Origin: Bacillota bacterium
GTDB lineage: Bacteria > Bacillota > Sulfobacillia > JAIMAT01
DNA length: 64,000 bases
Direction of reading: 5' to 3'
Assembly (NCBI GenBank): GCA_029960955.1
Contig: JASBVS010000002.1
Span: 146,470 to 210,469, forward strand
Under the pieces are notes generated by a model. It was not told where the DNA came from and did no database searches. It saw nothing but the letters and a program-made list of their open reading frames with translations. Below are positions 19,279 to 30,449 of this stretch, one piece after another. A program made the translations under genes and the position numbers. Numbering within the stretch: position 1 is the first letter of the stretch; each line of letters opens with the position of its first letter.

Positions 19279-20943
19279 ATGGCCATCCGGCAGCAGGCGC
19301 CCGGGCAGGGGCCGCAGGCGGAGAGCCGGCCGGAAGCGGAGGGCGGGCTGCGGAAGCCGCGCTTCCTGACCCGTTCCGAGATGGAGGTGCCGGCCTTCGT
19401 CCGGCCGGAGCAGCTGGCGGAGGAGGGCTTCGACTACGAGCGGGACCTGGGCGACCCGGGCGAGTACCCCTTCACCCGGGGGATCCACCCCACCATGTAC
19501 CGCGGCCGCCTCTGGACCATGCGCGAGTTCGCCGGCTTCGGCGACGCGGCGGCCACCAACCGGCGCTTCCACTACCTGCTGGAGCAGGGACAGACCGGTC
19601 TGAGCGTCGCCTTCGACTTCCCCACGCTCCTGGGCTACGACTCGGACGCTCCCGTGGCCGAGGGCGAGGTGGGCCGCATGGGCGTGGCCGTGGACACGCT
19701 GGCCGACATGGAGCGCCTCTTCGAGGGCATCCCGCTCGACCGGGTCTCCACCTCCATGACCATCAACGGCCCGGCCATGATCCTCTTCGCCATGTACCTG
19801 GCGCTGGCCAGGAAGCGGGGGATCCCCTTCGACCGGCTGAACGGGACGATCCAGAACGACATCCTCAAGGAGTACACCGCGCAGAAGACCTATATCTTCC
19901 CGATCCGGCCGTCGCTGAAGATCATCACCGACATCATGGCCTACGCCTCGGAAGAGGTGCCGCGGTGGAACACCATTTCCATCTCCGGCTACCACATCCG
20001 CGAGGCGGGGGCCACCGCCGTACAGGAGCTGGCCTTCACCCTGGCCGACGGCTTCACCTACGTGGAGGAAGGGATCAAGGCCGGCCTGGACGTCGACCGC
20101 TTCGCGCCACGCCTCTCCTTCTTCTGGGACATCCACCTCAACTTCTTCGAGGAGATCGCCAAGATCCGCGCCGCCCGCCGCATCTGGGCGCGGGAGATGC
20201 GCGAGCGCTTCGGCGCCAGGAACCCGCGCTCCTGGACGATGCGCTTCCACAGCCAGACGGCGGGCGTCTCGCTCACCGCCCAGCAGCCCGAGGTGAACAT
20301 CGTCCGCACCGCCTTCGAGGCGCTGGCGGCCGTGCTGGCGGGTACGCAGTCGCTCCACACCAACTCCTTCGACGAGGCGCTGGCGCTGCCCACGGAGGAG
20401 GCGGTGCGGCTGGCGCTGCGCACGCAGCAGGTGATCGCCGAGGAGATCGGCGTGGCCGACACCGTCGACCCGCTGGCCGGCTCCTACTACGTCGAGTGGC
20501 TGACGAACCGCATGGAGCGGGCGGCCTACGACTACTTCCGCCGCATCGAGGCCGTGGGCGGCGTCGTGGCCGGCATCGAGAAGGGCTTCTTCCAGCGCGA
20601 GATCGCCGACGCCGCCTACCGCCAGCAGCTCCGCCTGCAGTCGGGCGAGGAGGTCGTCGTCGGCGTCAACAAGTACGTCCTGGAGGAGGAGCAGCCGCCG
20701 CGCATCCTGCGCATCGACCCGGCCGTCGAGCGGGAGCAGGTGGAGCGCCTGCGGCGCGTCCGCGCCGAGCGCGACCCGCGGGCGGTCGCCGAGGCGCTGG
20801 AGCGGCTGGAGCGGACGGCCCGCGAAGGCGGCAACCTCATGCCCGCGCTGGTGGAGGCCGCCTCGGTCTACGCCAGCGAGGGCGAGATGGCCGACGCGCT
20901 CCGCTCCGTCTACGGCGTCTACCGCGAGGAGCCCGTCTTCTGA
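19279..20943 (+). CDS. B12-dependent acyl-CoA mutase, catalytic (beta/alpha)8 subunit (methylmalonyl/isobutyryl-CoA mutase family, IcmA-like split form)
   Basis: 554 aa matching the MCM N-terminal substrate-binding barrel ([24 protein letters not shown]). It has no fused B12 domain; a separate B12 subunit follows. Confidence 0.85.
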   Translation: MAIRQQAPGQGPQAESRPEAEGGLRKPRFLTRSEMEVPAFVRPEQLAEEGFDYERDLGDPGEYPFTRGIHPTMYRGRLWTMREFAGFGDAAATNRRFHYLLEQGQTGLSVAFDFPTLLGYDSDAPVAEGEVGRMGVAVDTLADMERLFEGIPLDRVSTSMTINGPAMILFAMYLALARKRGIPFDRLNGTIQNDILKEYTAQKTYIFPIRPSLKIITDIMAYASEEVPRWNTISISGYHIREAGATAVQELAFTLADGFTYVEEGIKAGLDVDRFAPRLSFFWDIHLNFFEEIAKIRAARRIWAREMRERFGARNPRSWTMRFHSQTAGVSLTAQQPEVNIVRTAFEALAAVLAGTQSLHTNSFDEALALPTEEAVRLALRTQQVIAEEIGVADTVDPLAGSYYVEWLTNRMERAAYDYFRRIEAVGGVVAGIEKGFFQREIADAAYRQQLRLQSGEEVVVGVNKYVLEEEQPPRILRIDPAVEREQVERLRRVRAERDPRAVAEALERLERTAREGGNLMPALVEAASVYASEGEMADALRSVYGVYREEPVF

Positions 20944-21022
20944 ACCCGCCTCGCCCGGGCAAAGCTCGAGCGGCCGGCGGCGCTCCCGCCGCCGCCGGCC
21001 GCCAGGGAGGCCGACCACGAAG

Positions 21023-21436
21023 ATGACGCGACCACTCCGGGTTCTTGTCGCCAAGCCGGGGCTCGACCGCCACGACCGCGGCGCCAAGGTGATCGCCCGC
21101 GCGCTGCGCGACGCCGGCATGGAGGTGATCTACACCGGCCTCCACCAGACCCCGGCCGAGATCGTCGCCGCCGCCGTCCAGGAAGACGTCGACCTGGTCG
21201 GCCTCAGCATCCTCTCCGGCGCCCACATGACGCTGGTCCCGCGGGTGATCCAGGGCCTGCGCGAGGCGGGCGCCGGCGACATCCCCGTCGTCGTCGGCGG
21301 CATCATCCCGCCGGAGGACGCGGAGGAGCTGAAGAAGGCGGGCGTGCTGGAGGTCTTCGGGCCGGGAAGCTCGACGGAGGCCATCGTCGACTTCGTCCGG
21401 CGGGAGATCGGCGGCCGGGTGAACGCCCTTGGCTAG
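21023..21436 (+). CDS. acyl-CoA mutase B12-binding subunit (IcmB/MCM C-terminal-domain-like)
   Basis: 137 aa with the DxHxxG cobalamin motif ([10 protein letters not shown]). Confidence 0.85.
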   Translation: MTRPLRVLVAKPGLDRHDRGAKVIARALRDAGMEVIYTGLHQTPAEIVAAAVQEDVDLVGLSILSGAHMTLVPRVIQGLREAGAGDIPVVVGGIIPPEDAEELKKAGVLEVFGPGSSTEAIVDFVRREIGGRVNALG

Positions 21437-22437
21437 CGCCGGGGCCGAGCCGGCCCGCCGTGCCGCCGAGGGCTGGGCCGAGCGCCTCCTCGCCGGGGAG
21501 AAGCGCGCCCTCGCCCGCCTGATCACGCTCATCGAGGAACGCGACCCGGCGGCGAGCGACGTGCTCCGCCTCCTCCACCCCCGCGTCGGGCAGGCGCACG
21601 TCGTCGGGGTCACCGGCGCCGCGGGCGCCGGCAAGAGCACGCTGATCACGGCGCTCGCCCGCGAGCTCCGCGCCCGCGGTCCGAGCGTCGCCGTCCTGGC
21701 CGTCGACCCCTCCAGCCCGCTCACCGGCGGCGCCCTGCTGGGCGACCGGATCCGCCTGGGCGACCTCTCCACCGATCCGGGGCTCTTCTTCCGGAGCTTC
21801 GCCAGCCGCGGCCACCTGGGCGGCCTCAGCCGGGCGGTGGCGGACGCGGTCCGCGCCGTCGACGCCGCCGGCTACCAGGCGGTGCTGGTCGAGACCGTGG
21901 GCGCCGGCCAGTCGGAGGTGGAGGTGAGCGAGCTGGCGCACACCACGCTGGTGGTGCTCGCCCCCAACCTCGGCGACGACGTCCAGGCGGCCAAGGCGGG
22001 CCTGCTGGAGGTGGCGGACGTCTTCGCCGTCAACAAGGCGGACCTGCCCGGGGCACGGGAGACGGCGGGCGAGATCCGGGCCATGCTGGGCCTCGGTCCG
22101 GCGCGGCCGTGGACGCCGCCGGTGGTGGAGCTCTCCGCGCGCACCGGCGAGGGCGTCGCCGGCCTGCTGGAGGCGCTGGAGCGGCACCGGGACTTCCTGG
22201 TGGCGAGCGGGCGCTGGGGCGAGAAGCTCCGCCGCTCCGCCGCCCACCAGCTGCGCGACCTGCTGGGCGAGGAGCTCCTCCGGGCGGCGCTGGCGCGGCT
22301 GGAGGCGGAGGGCAGCTGGCAGGCCTGGGTGGAGGCGGTGGCGCGCCGCGAGAGGGACCCGTATACGCTGAGCGAGGAGCTGGCCCGTCGCCTGCTGGCC
22401 GGAGCGACTGGCCGGCCCCGGGGGGAGGGGGAGGCCC

Positions 22438-22448
<11 letters not shown>
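21429..22448 (+). CDS. meaB: methylmalonyl-CoA mutase-associated GTPase MeaB/ArgK
   Basis: P-loop [14 protein letters not shown]; G3E-family pattern. Confidence 0.85.
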
Positions 22449-23646
<1,198 letters not shown>

Positions 23647-23680
23647 GCGCTGCGGCCTCGCCTCGCCGGCGCCCCGCCGG

Positions 23681-23699
23681 GCGGATCCACCCGATCCGC
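23681..23699. other. hairpin between convergent acyl-CoA dehydrogenase and DD-carboxypeptidase genes
   Basis: GCGGATC-CACCC-GATCCGC, a 7-bp stem between convergent genes; weak pyrimidine-rich tail only. Confidence 0.25.
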
Positions 23700-23723
23700 G
23701 CTGCGCCCGCTCTTCCCCGCTCC

Positions 23724-24860
23724 TCAGCGCCGCCCCGGGGGCGGCTCCAGCGCCAGCGCCGTCACCAGCGGCACCTCCGCGACAGGCTGGCCGTCGATCC
23801 GGACGACGGCCAGGCCGACGCGCTCGCCGGCGGCGAGGCGGGGGGGCCAGACGGCGGGGAGGAGGCGCTGGACGCGGAGCCGGCCGAGCTCGCCGGGGCG
23901 GACGGGCAGCAGGAAGGGGCCCGGTCCGGCGGTGGTCAGGACCGCCGTCCGCCCGTCGCCGGTCGGCACGCGAATCGGCCCCTCCAGGCCCGGCACCGGC
24001 ACGCGGCGGAAGCTCCGCCAGCCCCACTCCAGGAGCCTGAGCGTGTCCTCGTACTGCCCGTAGAAGTTGTCGCGCAGGACGACGGCCACCAGCTGCCAGC
24101 CGTCCCGCGTCGCCGAACCGACGAAGGTGTTGCCGGCCGCCCGCGTGTAGCCCGTCTTCACCCCGTCCAGCGGCCGGCCCAGCATCCGGTTGTGGTTGAC
24201 GAGGAAGTGGACGGATCCGTCCGGCCAGCGGACCCGCCAGACCGGCGTGGAGACGATCTGGCGGACGGTCGGGTCGAGGAGCGCCGCGCGGGCGATCCGC
24301 GCCATGTCCACCGCCGTCGTCACGTGGCGCGCGTCGGGCAGGCCGCTGGCGTTGGTGAAGCGGGTGTGGAGCGCGCCCAGGCGGCGCGCCTCGGCGTTCA
24401 TCAGGAGGACGAAGTTCGCCTCGCTGCCGGCCACCGCCTCCGCGACGGCGCGCGCCGCGTCGTTGCCCGACTCCAGCAGCAGGCCGTAGAGCAGGTCGCG
24501 CAGCGGCAGGCGCATGCCCGCCCGCAGGTACATGCTGGAGCCCTCGGCGCTGGCGGCGTACCGGCTGACCTCCACCGGCGTCTCCAGGTCGAGCTTGTGG
24601 ACCGCGACCAGCGCCGTGAGAATCTTGGTGATGCTGGCCGGGTAGCCGGGCACCTCGCCGGCCTTGGCGTAGAGCAGGCGGCCGCTGGCCACGTCCAGCA
24701 GGGCGGCCGAACCCGCCTGCAGCTCCGGCGGCGCCAGCGGCGCCCGCAGCGGCTGCCGGGGGGCCGCCGGCCCGGGCGGCGGCGGTGCCGCCGGGGGCGG
24801 CTCGCCCTGCGCCGAGGCGGCGGGGCCCAGGCCGACCACGAGAGCCAGGAGCAGCGCCAT
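23724..24860 (-). CDS. dacB: D-alanyl-D-alanine carboxypeptidase (serine-type, PBP5/DacB-like) with signal peptide
   Basis: SITKILT (SxxK) and SGND motifs; signal peptide MALLLALVVGLGPAASAQG. I chose the internal ATG at 24860 (complement) rather than track start 25082, whose first 74 residues look non-coding. Confidence 0.8.
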   Translation of the reverse strand: MALLLALVVGLGPAASAQGEPPPAAPPPPGPAAPRQPLRAPLAPPELQAGSAALLDVASGRLLYAKAGEVPGYPASITKILTALVAVHKLDLETPVEVSRYAASAEGSSMYLRAGMRLPLRDLLYGLLLESGNDAARAVAEAVAGSEANFVLLMNAEARRLGALHTRFTNASGLPDARHVTTAVDMARIARAALLDPTVRQIVSTPVWRVRWPDGSVHFLVNHNRMLGRPLDGVKTGYTRAAGNTFVGSATRDGWQLVAVVLRDNFYGQYEDTLRLLEWGWRSFRRVPVPGLEGPIRVPTGDGRTAVLTTAGPGPFLLPVRPGELGRLRVQRLLPAVWPPRLAAGERVGLAVVRIDGQPVAEVPLVTALALEPPPGRR

Positions 24861-24943
24861 GCGGATGCGTTGTCGGCGTGAACGCCCGTCGCGGGCGGCG
24901 TGACAGAGATCGATCACGGGCAGTAGGCTGGCTGGCGGAAGAG

Positions 24944-24957
24944 ACGGGTATACCCGT
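24944..24957. promoter_or_regulatory. perfect 14-bp palindrome ACGGGTATACCCGT in the divergent dacB/NUDIX intergenic region
   Basis: Self-complementary; 22 nt upstream of the NUDIX start and about 85 nt upstream of the dacB start. AT-containing core in a GC-rich spacer. Confidence 0.3.
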
Positions 24958-24978
24958 GGCACCGGGAGGCGAGGGCGA

Positions 24979-25407
24979 GTGCGCTTCGAACGCGCGGCGG
25001 GCGGGGTCGTCTTCCGCCCGGAGCGGGAGACGTCGAGCATCCTGCTGGTGCTCGACCGCTTCGGTCGCTGGACCTTTCCCAAGGGGCACGTGGAGCACGG
25101 CGAGAGCGACGAGGAGGCCGCGCTCCGCGAAATCGAGGAGGAGACGGGGGTGAGCGGCCGGGTGGTGGACGAGCTCCCCGCGACGCGGTATCGCTTCCTC
25201 CCGCCCGGCGAAGCCGAGGAAGTCGAGAAGGAGGTCCGCTACTTCCTCGTCCGGGCGACGGGCGGCGAGCCGCGCCCGCGGCCGGGCGAGACGCGCGAGG
25301 TGCGCTGGTTCCGGCCGGAGGAGGTCGGGGGCCTGGCGCAGTACCCGAACAACCGGCCCGTGCTGGAGGCTGCGCTGGCGGCGCTGCGCGCCGGCGCCGG
25401 CCGGTGA
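24979..25407 (+). CDS. NUDIX hydrolase
   Basis: Nudix box GHVEHGESDEEAALREIEEETG. Confidence 0.8.
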   Translation: MRFERAAGGVVFRPERETSSILLVLDRFGRWTFPKGHVEHGESDEEAALREIEEETGVSGRVVDELPATRYRFLPPGEAEEVEKEVRYFLVRATGGEPRPRPGETREVRWFRPEEVGGLAQYPNNRPVLEAALAALRAGAGR

Positions 25408-26174
25408 GCGCGCGGATGGAGGTGGAGGTGGTCACCCGGCGGGAGGAGCTCCGGCCCGAGGCGCTGCGGGGCCGGGCGGCCGTCGTCATCGACACGCTTC
25501 GCGCCACCACCTCCATCGCCACGGCGCTGGCCGCCGGCGCCGCCTGGGTGCTCCCCGTCGACTCGGAGGAGGCGGCGCGGGCCGCGGCGGCGAGGCTCCG
25601 CGACCCGCTCGGCGAGGCGCCGCTGCTGGCCGGCGAGCGCGACCGCGTCCGCATCCCCGGCTTCGACCTGGGAAACTCGCCGGCGGAGTTCGCCCCCGGG
25701 CGGGTGCGCGGACGCGGCATCGTGCTCTGCACGACCAACGGCTCCCGCGCGCTCCACGCGGCGGCGCCCTGCGCGGAGCGCCTCTACTGCGCGGCGCTGG
25801 TCAACGCGGGCGCGGTGGCGGCCGAGCTGGGCCGCACGGGCGCGGAGCGGCTGACGCTGGTCTGCTCGGGCTCGGGCGGGCACTTCTCGGTGGAGGACTT
25901 CCTGACCGCGGGCTGCCTGATCGAGCGCCTGGGCGCGGCGGACGGGCTGGAGGACCCCCGCGGGGAGGCGCTCCGTCTCGACGACGCCGCCCTGGCGGCC
26001 TGGCTCGCCTGGCGGAGCGGCCGCGAGCGGCTGCGCTCGATCGTGGAGCCGGGGCGGGCCGCGCGCGCGCTGGCCCGGGTCGGGCTGGAGGCGGACGTGG
26101 AGGAGGCGCTCCGCCTCGATGCGCTCGACGTCGTGCCCGTCCTCCGCGACGGGCGGCTGGTCGCGCTCCGTTGA
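25404..26174 (+). CDS. comB: 2-phosphosulfolactate phosphatase family protein (ComB-like)
   Basis: ComB-family pattern (VIDTLRATTSI...LCTTNGS). Confidence 0.7.
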   Translation: MSARMEVEVVTRREELRPEALRGRAAVVIDTLRATTSIATALAAGAAWVLPVDSEEAARAAAARLRDPLGEAPLLAGERDRVRIPGFDLGNSPAEFAPGRVRGRGIVLCTTNGSRALHAAAPCAERLYCAALVNAGAVAAELGRTGAERLTLVCSGSGGHFSVEDFLTAGCLIERLGAADGLEDPRGEALRLDDAALAAWLAWRSGRERLRSIVEPGRAARALARVGLEADVEEALRLDALDVVPVLRDGRLVALR

Positions 26175-26326
26175 GGCGGGGCGCGCGGGGAAGACTTGGA
26201 CGCGGGACGAGAGAAAGCCGGCCGGCCGCACCGGGTGCCGGGGGACCGGCCGGCGGCGCGCCGCCGGCGTGGGTGGGCGACGTCCGTCGGACCGGCGCCT
26301 CCGACGCGACGTCGACATAGAAAAAA

Positions 26327-26403
26327 TGGTCGGGATGGCGAGATTCGAACTCGCGACCTCCGCGTCCCGAACGCGGCGCCCTGCCAAACTGGGCCACATC
26401 CCG
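26327..26403 (-). tRNA. tRNA-Pro (anticodon CGG)
   Basis: Reverse complement CGGGATGTGGCCCAGTTTGGCAGGGCGCCGCGTTCGGGACGCGGAGGTCGCGAGTTCGAATCTCGCCATCCCGACCA. It has a 7-bp acceptor stem, anticodon loop UUCGGGA, TΨC arm GTTCGAATC and an encoded CCA. Confidence 0.85.
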
Positions 26404-26502
26404 GCGGCGTCTCGCATTCTAAGGCGCCCCGCCCGCCCTTGTCAAACCGGCGCAGCCCGGCCGAGGCGGGCGCGGGCGTGCGGGGAGGTCGATGGGCTCG
26501 CC

Positions 26503-27912
26503 ATGAGGAGAGCGACAGAGCGGCTGCGCTTCGCCCTCGCCTGGCGGCTGGTGGTCGCCGCCGGGCGACTGGCCCGCCTGGCCGGGCACGGCGGCTCCAG
26601 CTTCCCGGGGCTCCTGGGGCGCCGCCTCGACCCGCGCCTCCTCGAGCACCTGGCGGGCGAACTGGAGCAGGGAAGCGCCGTCGTCACCGGGACCAACGGG
26701 AAGACGACCACCGCCACGCTCCTGGCCGAGATCGGGCGCCAGGCCGGCCTGCGCCTCGCCCACAACGCCGCCGGCGCCAACCTGGTCGGCGGCCTGATCA
26801 CCAGCCTGGCCGGCCAGCGCGCGGAGGGCGCCCGCCAGTTCGCCGTCCTCGAGGTGGACGAGGCGACGGTCGCCCGCGCCATGCCGGCCGTCCGCCCGCG
26901 CCTGATCGTGGTGACCAACTTCTTCCGCGACCAGCTCGACCGCTACGGCGAGCTGCTGGGCGCCGTGGGCCGCGTCGCCGAGGGGATCCGGGCGGTGCCG
27001 GAGACGGAGCTGCTGCTCAACGCCGACGACCCGCACGTCGCCTCGCTGGCGCGGGGGGACCGGAAGGTCCGCTTCTACGCGCTGAAGCTGCCACCGGGCG
27101 CGGCGGCCAGGAAGCCGACCGGCGACGCCGTCCTCTGCCCCCGCTGCGGGCACCCGCTGGCCTACCGGAGCGTCACCTTCGCCCACCTGGGCGACTACGC
27201 CTGCTCCGCCTGCGGCTTCCGCCGGCCCGCGCCCGACGCGGAGGGCGAGGTGCTGCGGAGCGGCCGCGAGACGGCGCTCCGCATCCGCGCCGGCGGGCGG
27301 CAGCTGGCCAGCCTGGTGCGCTTCCAGCTGCCCGGCCTCTACAACGCGTACAACGCCGTGGCGGCGGCGGCCGCCGCCTGGTCGCTGGGCTGGCCCGCCG
27401 AGGCGGCGGCCCGGGCGCTGGCGGAGGCGACGCCCGCCTTCGGCAGGATGGAGCGCTTCGTCGCCCAGGGCCACCCGGTCCGGCTGGCGCTGGTCAAGAA
27501 TCCGGCCGGCTTCGACGCGGTTCTCGAGACGCTGGCCGCCGAGGGCGAGCCGGGCGCGCTGATCGTCGCCGTCAACGACCTGGAGGCCGACGGCCGCGAC
27601 GTCTCCTGGCTCTGGGACGTCCGCTTCGAGGACTTCCCGGAGCTGCTCGCCCGGAGCGAGCCGCTGGTGGCCTCGGGGCTGCGCGCGGAAGACATGGCGC
27701 TCCGCCTGGCGCTGGCGGGCGTCGAGCGGGAGCGGATCGAGCTCGAAGCCGATCCGGAACGGGCCCTGCAGGCGGTGCTGGCACGCCTTCCCGGCGGGCG
27801 GGCGGTCACCGTCTGCCTGACCTACACCGCGCTGCTCGACCTGCACCGGCGCCTGGCGAGGCGCTACGCGCTGCCGGCTTTCTGGGAACGGGGGGCGCGA
27901 CGGGGTGCTTGA
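26503..27912 (+). CDS. murT: lipid II isoglutaminyl synthase, Mur-ligase-like subunit
   Basis: Mur ligase central domain GTNGKTTT, a CxxC...CxxC zinc ribbon (CPRCGHP...CSACGF) and a DUF1727-like C-terminus. The track frame starts earlier (26119) but ATG 26503 fits. Confidence 0.8.
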   Translation: MRRATERLRFALAWRLVVAAGRLARLAGHGGSSFPGLLGRRLDPRLLEHLAGELEQGSAVVTGTNGKTTTATLLAEIGRQAGLRLAHNAAGANLVGGLITSLAGQRAEGARQFAVLEVDEATVARAMPAVRPRLIVVTNFFRDQLDRYGELLGAVGRVAEGIRAVPETELLLNADDPHVASLARGDRKVRFYALKLPPGAAARKPTGDAVLCPRCGHPLAYRSVTFAHLGDYACSACGFRRPAPDAEGEVLRSGRETALRIRAGGRQLASLVRFQLPGLYNAYNAVAAAAAAWSLGWPAEAAARALAEATPAFGRMERFVAQGHPVRLALVKNPAGFDAVLETLAAEGEPGALIVAVNDLEADGRDVSWLWDVRFEDFPELLARSEPLVASGLRAEDMALRLALAGVERERIELEADPERALQAVLARLPGGRAVTVCLTYTALLDLHRRLARRYALPAFWERGARRGA

Positions 27913-28651
27913 GCTGCGCATCGCCCACCTCTACCCGCGCGAGCTCAACCTTTACGGCGACCGGGGCAACCTGCTGGCGCTGGCGGACCGCGTCCGCCGC
28001 CGGGGAGGACGGGTGACCGTCGTCCCGCTGGGGCCGGGCGATCCCTTCCGCCCGGCCGAGGTCGACCTCGTCTTCATCGGCGGCGGCCAGGACCGCGAGC
28101 AGCGCTGGATCGCCGAGGATCTGGCGCGGGGGAAGGGGCGCGAGCTGGTCGCGGCCGTGCGCGACGGCATGCCGCTCCTGGCCGTCTGCGGCGGCTACCA
28201 GCTGCTCGGGCGCTACTACAGGACCGCCTCGGGCGAGAAGATCCCGGGCGTCGGCCTCTTCGACCTCTGGACCGAGGCCGGACGGCGGCGGCTGATCGGC
28301 GACGTGGCCGTGGAGAGCGACCTCTGGGAGGAGGGGCGGCGGACGCTGGTCGGCTTCGAGAACCACGCCGGCCGGACCTGGCTGGGCCCCGGGGTGCGGC
28401 CGCTGGGGCGCGTCCTGCGCGGGCACGGGAACAACGACCGGGACCGCAGCGAGGGCGCGCGCTGGCTGAACGCCGTCGGCACCTACCTGCACGGCGCACT
28501 CCTGCCCAGGAATCCGCGGCTGAGCGACTGGCTGATCCTCGCCGCCTGGCGCAGGAAGTACGGCACCGAACGGCTGGATCCGCTGGACGACCGCTGGGAG
28601 CTGACCGCCCACGCGGCGGCGCTGCGCCGTCTCGGCCTGGCCGCGAGCTAG
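27905..28651 (+). CDS. gatD: lipid II isoglutaminyl synthase, glutamine amidotransferase subunit
   Basis: CobB/CobQ-like GATase with LLAVCGGYQLLG. It overlaps the murT stop. Confidence 0.8.
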   Translation: MLELRIAHLYPRELNLYGDRGNLLALADRVRRRGGRVTVVPLGPGDPFRPAEVDLVFIGGGQDREQRWIAEDLARGKGRELVAAVRDGMPLLAVCGGYQLLGRYYRTASGEKIPGVGLFDLWTEAGRRRLIGDVAVESDLWEEGRRTLVGFENHAGRTWLGPGVRPLGRVLRGHGNNDRDRSEGARWLNAVGTYLHGALLPRNPRLSDWLILAAWRRKYGTERLDPLDDRWELTAHAAALRRLGLAAS

Positions 28652-29478
28652 GCCGGGCCCGGGCGGGAGCGCGGCGGGTTGCCAGCGGCGCCGCCCTGGG
28701 GCATGGTAGAGGCTTCCTCGTGCTCGCCGGACTCCCAGAGCACGCGCGCCACCTCGGCCCCGCGGCGCCTCTCCCAGCCGGCCGGCAGGGGGCTCCGCTC
28801 CAGGACCGCCCAGATCCTTCTCGCCCTCCGGACCTGCCCTGCCTCCGCGAGGTAGCTCATCATGTTCCCCAGCAGCTCCGGCACCAGATCCTCCTGGCCC
28901 GTCCGCCGTGCCTCCCGCAGCGCCCGCCGCGCCGGCTCCAACGCCTCGCGGGGCCGCCCGAGGCGGTAGCGGACCTCGCCGAGCCCCCACCACGCCTTGG
29001 CCTTCTCGCGGCCCGCGAGGGCGTACTTGACGGCCGCGCCGTACGCCTCCTCGGCCTGCGTCCACATCGCCAGGCTCGCCAGCGCCAGCGCCAGGTCGAG
29101 CCACTCCGCCGCGCCCGCCGGGGCCTCTCCGCCCTCGGCCCGCTCCGTCGCCTGCACCAGATGCGCCAGCGCCTTCTCCAGCGCCGAGCGGTCGCCCGCC
29201 AGCCGTCCCAGCAGAAGCTCGGCGCGCACGAGCGAGGGCCCGCGCACTCCCTTCCGCCGCGCGAGCTCCGCCTGCTGCCGCGCCAGGCGCTTCGCCCTCT
29301 CCGGATCGCCCCAGCGCCACTCCGCCTCCGCCCAGCGGAGGCCCACCTCCACCGCCGCCTCCGGGCCCGACGCGAAGCGGGCCAGGTCCAGGGCGCGGCG
29401 CCACTTCGGCCGCGACGCCTCGACCTCCCCGGCCGCCGCCAGGCGGAAGGCTTCCGCGGCGAGCTCCTCCGGCTTCAT
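28648..29478 (-). CDS. hypothetical TPR-like helical-repeat protein
   Basis: High GC3 coding bias on the - strand and a GGAGG SD 8 nt upstream. Ala/Arg/Trp-rich helical repeats; no specific family recognised. Confidence 0.55.
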   Translation of the reverse strand: MKPEELAAEAFRLAAAGEVEASRPKWRRALDLARFASGPEAAVEVGLRWAEAEWRWGDPERAKRLARQQAELARRKGVRGPSLVRAELLLGRLAGDRSALEKALAHLVQATERAEGGEAPAGAAEWLDLALALASLAMWTQAEEAYGAAVKYALAGREKAKAWWGLGEVRYRLGRPREALEPARRALREARRTGQEDLVPELLGNMMSYLAEAGQVRRARRIWAVLERSPLPAGWERRRGAEVARVLWESGEHEEASTMPQGGAAGNPPRSRPGPA

Positions 29479-29668
29479 CCGTCTTCCTCCACGCCGGCCC
29501 TCTACGCCGTCGCACGGCCTCTCCCTGCGCCGCCGCCCGTCCGCTTCCCTGGCGCGGCGAACGCCGGGCGCGCGCGGGCACGACGCGGCCGGCCCCGCAA
29601 GCCGGGGCCGGCCGGAAGGAAAGGAGCAGGAGAAGGGGAGGGGCGGAGCCGACCGGCGGCCGCGCCCG

Positions 29669-30319
29669 TCAGCCCCCCTCCAGCAACCGGCTCAGCGTCC
29701 GCCGCACCTGGGGCGAGCGGAGCAGTTCCGCCAGCGGGTCGCCGCCCCCGGGCCGGCCCGCCGTCGCAGCCCCGCCGGCCGGAGCGCCCGGGCCGCCGGC
29801 CGGCGGGTCGTTCTTCTCCAGCTGCTCCGCCAGGGCTCTCAGGCCGCCGACCACCTCTTCGGGCCGCGTCACCACCAGCCGCGCGAGCTCGGCCAGCTCC
29901 ACCAGCGCCTCCGTCCGGCGCTCCAGCGCCTGCACGACGGCGTGCATGCCGCGCAGCTCCTGCGTCAGCTCCTCCCAGCGCAGAGTCGTGAGCGGGCGGC
30001 GGGCCCGGCGGCCCGGACCGCCGCTGCTCCGGCCCGGACCGCCCGCGGCCGGCGCCGCAGCCCAGCCGCCTTCCCCGTCGCCCGCCGGCGAGACGTCCGG
30101 GCCGGGAGCCGGCGGCGCCTCCGCCACCGCCCCCTCCCGGGCGGAGCCGGACGGGGCGGTGGAGGCCGGCTCGGTCGCGGCGCCACCTGGGCCGGCCGCG
30201 GGTAGCCCGCCCGCCGGTGCGGGCGACTCCCGATCGCCCTCGCCTCCCCTCCGCGGGCGAGGAAGCGGCCGGTACCCGGCCCCCTGCCCGCGGTTCTCCC
30301 GGTCGGCTTGCGCGTCCAT
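29669..30319 (-). CDS. hypothetical protein: disordered Pro/Gly/Ala-rich N-terminal half plus a conserved-looking helical C-terminal half
   Basis: ATG at 30319 (complement) is preceded by GGAGGTG. GC3 is strongly coding in this frame. The track version starts earlier at 30466. Confidence 0.4.
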   Translation of the reverse strand: MDAQADRENRGQGAGYRPLPRPRRGGEGDRESPAPAGGLPAAGPGGAATEPASTAPSGSAREGAVAEAPPAPGPDVSPAGDGEGGWAAAPAAGGPGRSSGGPGRRARRPLTTLRWEELTQELRGMHAVVQALERRTEALVELAELARLVVTRPEEVVGGLRALAEQLEKNDPPAGGPGAPAGGAATAGRPGGGDPLAELLRSPQVRRTLSRLLEGG

Positions 30320-30449
30320 CGCTCCCACCTCCGTGCCCGAGCGGCCCAGTATATGCGGGGCCGGGGCGGGCGGCGCGGCACGTTCCCGGCGGGTGCGAGG
30401 CGGCCGCCGGCGCCTGGACTCGCCGGGCGGCAAACGCTTAGCATAGGCC

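Noticed and set aside
26286-26326. Hairpin GTCGGACCGGCGCCTCCGAC plus A6 run next to the tRNA-Pro 3' end as a terminator
   Set aside because: On the tRNA strand the T-run precedes the hairpin rather than following it. On the + strand there is no U-tract after it. The geometry is wrong for an intrinsic terminator.
29580-29612. GGCCGGCCCCG-caagc-CGGGGCCGGCC hairpin between the two - strand hypothetical genes
   Set aside because: Strong stem but no U-tract on either strand. It could be a GC-type terminator or simply GC-rich self-complementarity, and is not distinctive enough.
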